Source of the DNA: Chitinophagaceae bacterium
GTDB lineage: Bacteria; Bacteroidota; Bacteroidia; Chitinophagales; Chitinophagaceae
DNA: 64,000 bases
Assembly (NCBI GenBank): GCA_009885535.1
Contig: VFKL01000106.1
Span: 83 to 64,082, forward strand
Reading direction: 5' to 3'
The position numbers were made by a program, and so were the translations under genes. Position 1 is the stretch's first letter; each line of letters starts with the position of its first letter. Below the pieces are notes generated by a model. The model had not been told where the DNA came from, searched no databases, and was given only the letters and a program-made list of their open reading frames with translations. Shown in pieces: positions 62,919 to 64,000 of this stretch.

Positions 62919-63656
62919 ATGTTCAGTTTTTTCAAGAAAAAAGAAGTGGTAGATATTAAGTTTTTTCCGATTAAAACGGATATGCATTCTCATATTCTTC
63001 CAGGAATTGATGATGGATCGCCTAATTTGGAAACTTCTATTTTTTTGATAAAAGGATTGATGGAAATGGGAGTGACAAAATCAATAGCCACACCTCATGT
63101 TATCAGCGATTTGTATAGAAATACACCAACTACAATTAATGCAGCTTTAAATAGTTTGAAAAAAGAATTGAAAAATCAATCCATCAATTTTGAAGTTCAT
63201 GCAGCAGCGGAATATATGTTGGATAGTTATTTTTTAGAGATTTTAAATAAAGAAGAGAAATTACTCACGATAAAAGACAATATTATTTTAACGGAGTTCT
63301 CTTATGCATCAATGCCAAATGAACCAGAGCAATATTCTTTTGAAATTCAAAATGTAGGCTATTCGCCGATTTTAGCGCATCCAGAAAGGTATCCATATTA
63401 CCACAACAATTACAAAATGTATCATCGCTTTATTGATTTGGGCTTTATGTTGCAAATCAATCTGCTTTCTCTAACTGGATATTATGGTAAAGAAGCCGCA
63501 AAAGCTGCAGAATATATGATAAAGAATGGTATGGTTTCTTTTGTTGGGACGGATTTGCACCACGAAAGGCATTTGAATATGCTTCAAGATTCACGAAATC
63601 AAAAGTTATTTAAATCGTTTCTTGAGCACCAAACTTGGAATGATTTTCTGGAATAA
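62919..63656 (+). CDS. cpsB: CpsB/CapC-type PHP-domain protein-tyrosine phosphatase
   Basis: 245 aa. 'TDMHSHILPGIDDGS', 'IATPH' and 'AHPERY'. It is the expected partner of the Wzc BY-kinase. Confidence 0.85.
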   Translation: MFSFFKKKEVVDIKFFPIKTDMHSHILPGIDDGSPNLETSIFLIKGLMEMGVTKSIATPHVISDLYRNTPTTINAALNSLKKELKNQSINFEVHAAAEYMLDSYFLEILNKEEKLLTIKDNIILTEFSYASMPNEPEQYSFEIQNVGYSPILAHPERYPYYHNNYKMYHRFIDLGFMLQINLLSLTGYYGKEAAKAAEYMIKNGMVSFVGTDLHHERHLNMLQDSRNQKLFKSFLEHQTWNDFLE

Positions 63657-63688
63657 ATAATTTGATTTTTAAAATCTATAAAAAAAAG

Positions 63689-64000
63689 TTACACGTTAAA
63701 TCTAAAGTGCATCACATCTCCATCTTGCACTAAGTACTCTTTTCCTTCAATTCTTAGTTTTCCATTATCTCTACAAGCTGCTTCAGAACCCAAAGCAACA
63801 AAATCATCATAGGCAATTACTTCAGCCTTAATAAATCCCTTTTCAAAATCAGTGTGAATAACACTAGCCGCTTGAGGAGCTTTCCATCCTTGTTGTATTG
63901 TCCAAGCCCTAACTTCTTGTACGCCTGCTGTAAAATAGGTAGATAAATTCAAAAGCTTATAGGTTGAATGAATCAAACGATCTAAAGCCGGCTCCACCAT
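63689..64000 (-). CDS. ychF: redox-regulated ATPase YchF, C-terminal fragment (truncated by the window edge)
   Basis: '[37 protein letters not shown]...[18 protein letters not shown]' is the conserved YchF C-terminal TGS-like domain. The 5' part lies beyond position 64000. Confidence 0.85.
   Translation of the reverse strand: MVEPALDRLIHSTYKLLNLSTYFTAGVQEVRAWTIQQGWKAPQAASVIHTDFEKGFIKAEVIAYDDFVALGSEAACRDNGKLRIEGKEYLVQDGDVMHFRFNV

Noticed and set aside
1-64000. A mobile element, prophage or genomic-island boundary, or tRNA/rRNA genes.
   Set aside because: I found no integrase, transposase, phage structural or conjugation genes, and no cloverleaf-like tRNA sequence in the intergenic regions inspected. 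The repeat blocks lack recognisable terminal inverted repeats with target-site duplications.

Overview
AT-rich chromosomal segment that looks like Bacteroidota. Supporting signs are a T9SS C-terminal sorting domain, a UpxY-type NusG paralog, lpxB, a bacillithiol YtxJ protein and no obvious Shine-Dalgarno usage. I saw no rRNA, tRNA, CRISPR array, transposase, integrase or phage genes.

Layout:
- 1-17.3 kb: housekeeping and envelope genes. These are an ABC-2 permease, a DPM1-like GT2, a DEDDh exonuclease, YtxJ, PrsW, a YhcG-like PDDEXK nuclease, a LOG-family protein, LpxB, an L,D-transpeptidase, an RlpA-like protein, MazG and a 1247-aa orphan sensor kinase. Several structured intergenic repeat blocks lie between them.
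- 18.2-32.4 kb: one giant 4725-aa gene for a T9SS-secreted beta-helix/Ig/CUB-like surface protein. A 72-aa mini-protein gene follows 30 nt downstream.
- 32.9-63.7 kb: one co-directional polysaccharide locus of about 31 kb. It holds Wza, a Wzc BY-kinase, UpxY, Fcl, two AsnB-type amidotransferases, Wzm/Wzt, about ten glycosyltransferases, WecD/WecE-like genes, an FkbM methyltransferase, a carbamoyltransferase, a Wzy/O-antigen-ligase-like membrane protein and a CpsB phosphatase.
- The window ends in a partial ychF.

Most interesting observation: the polysaccharide locus contains a short exosortase-family protein with Cys/Arg/His motifs (59802-60392). The mini-protein at 32393-32611 is essentially a signal peptide plus a tripartite C-terminal sorting signal ('PIDGG', a hydrophobic helix, then 'KNARRKN'). 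Together with the AsnB paralogs, the ligase-like protein and Wza/Wzc, this resembles a proteobacterial PEP-CTERM/EpsH system. I propose it as a candidate, poorly described Bacteroidota exosortase-substrate-EPS system.

All functional calls come from motif recognition by eye in the supplied translations. No database search was run.
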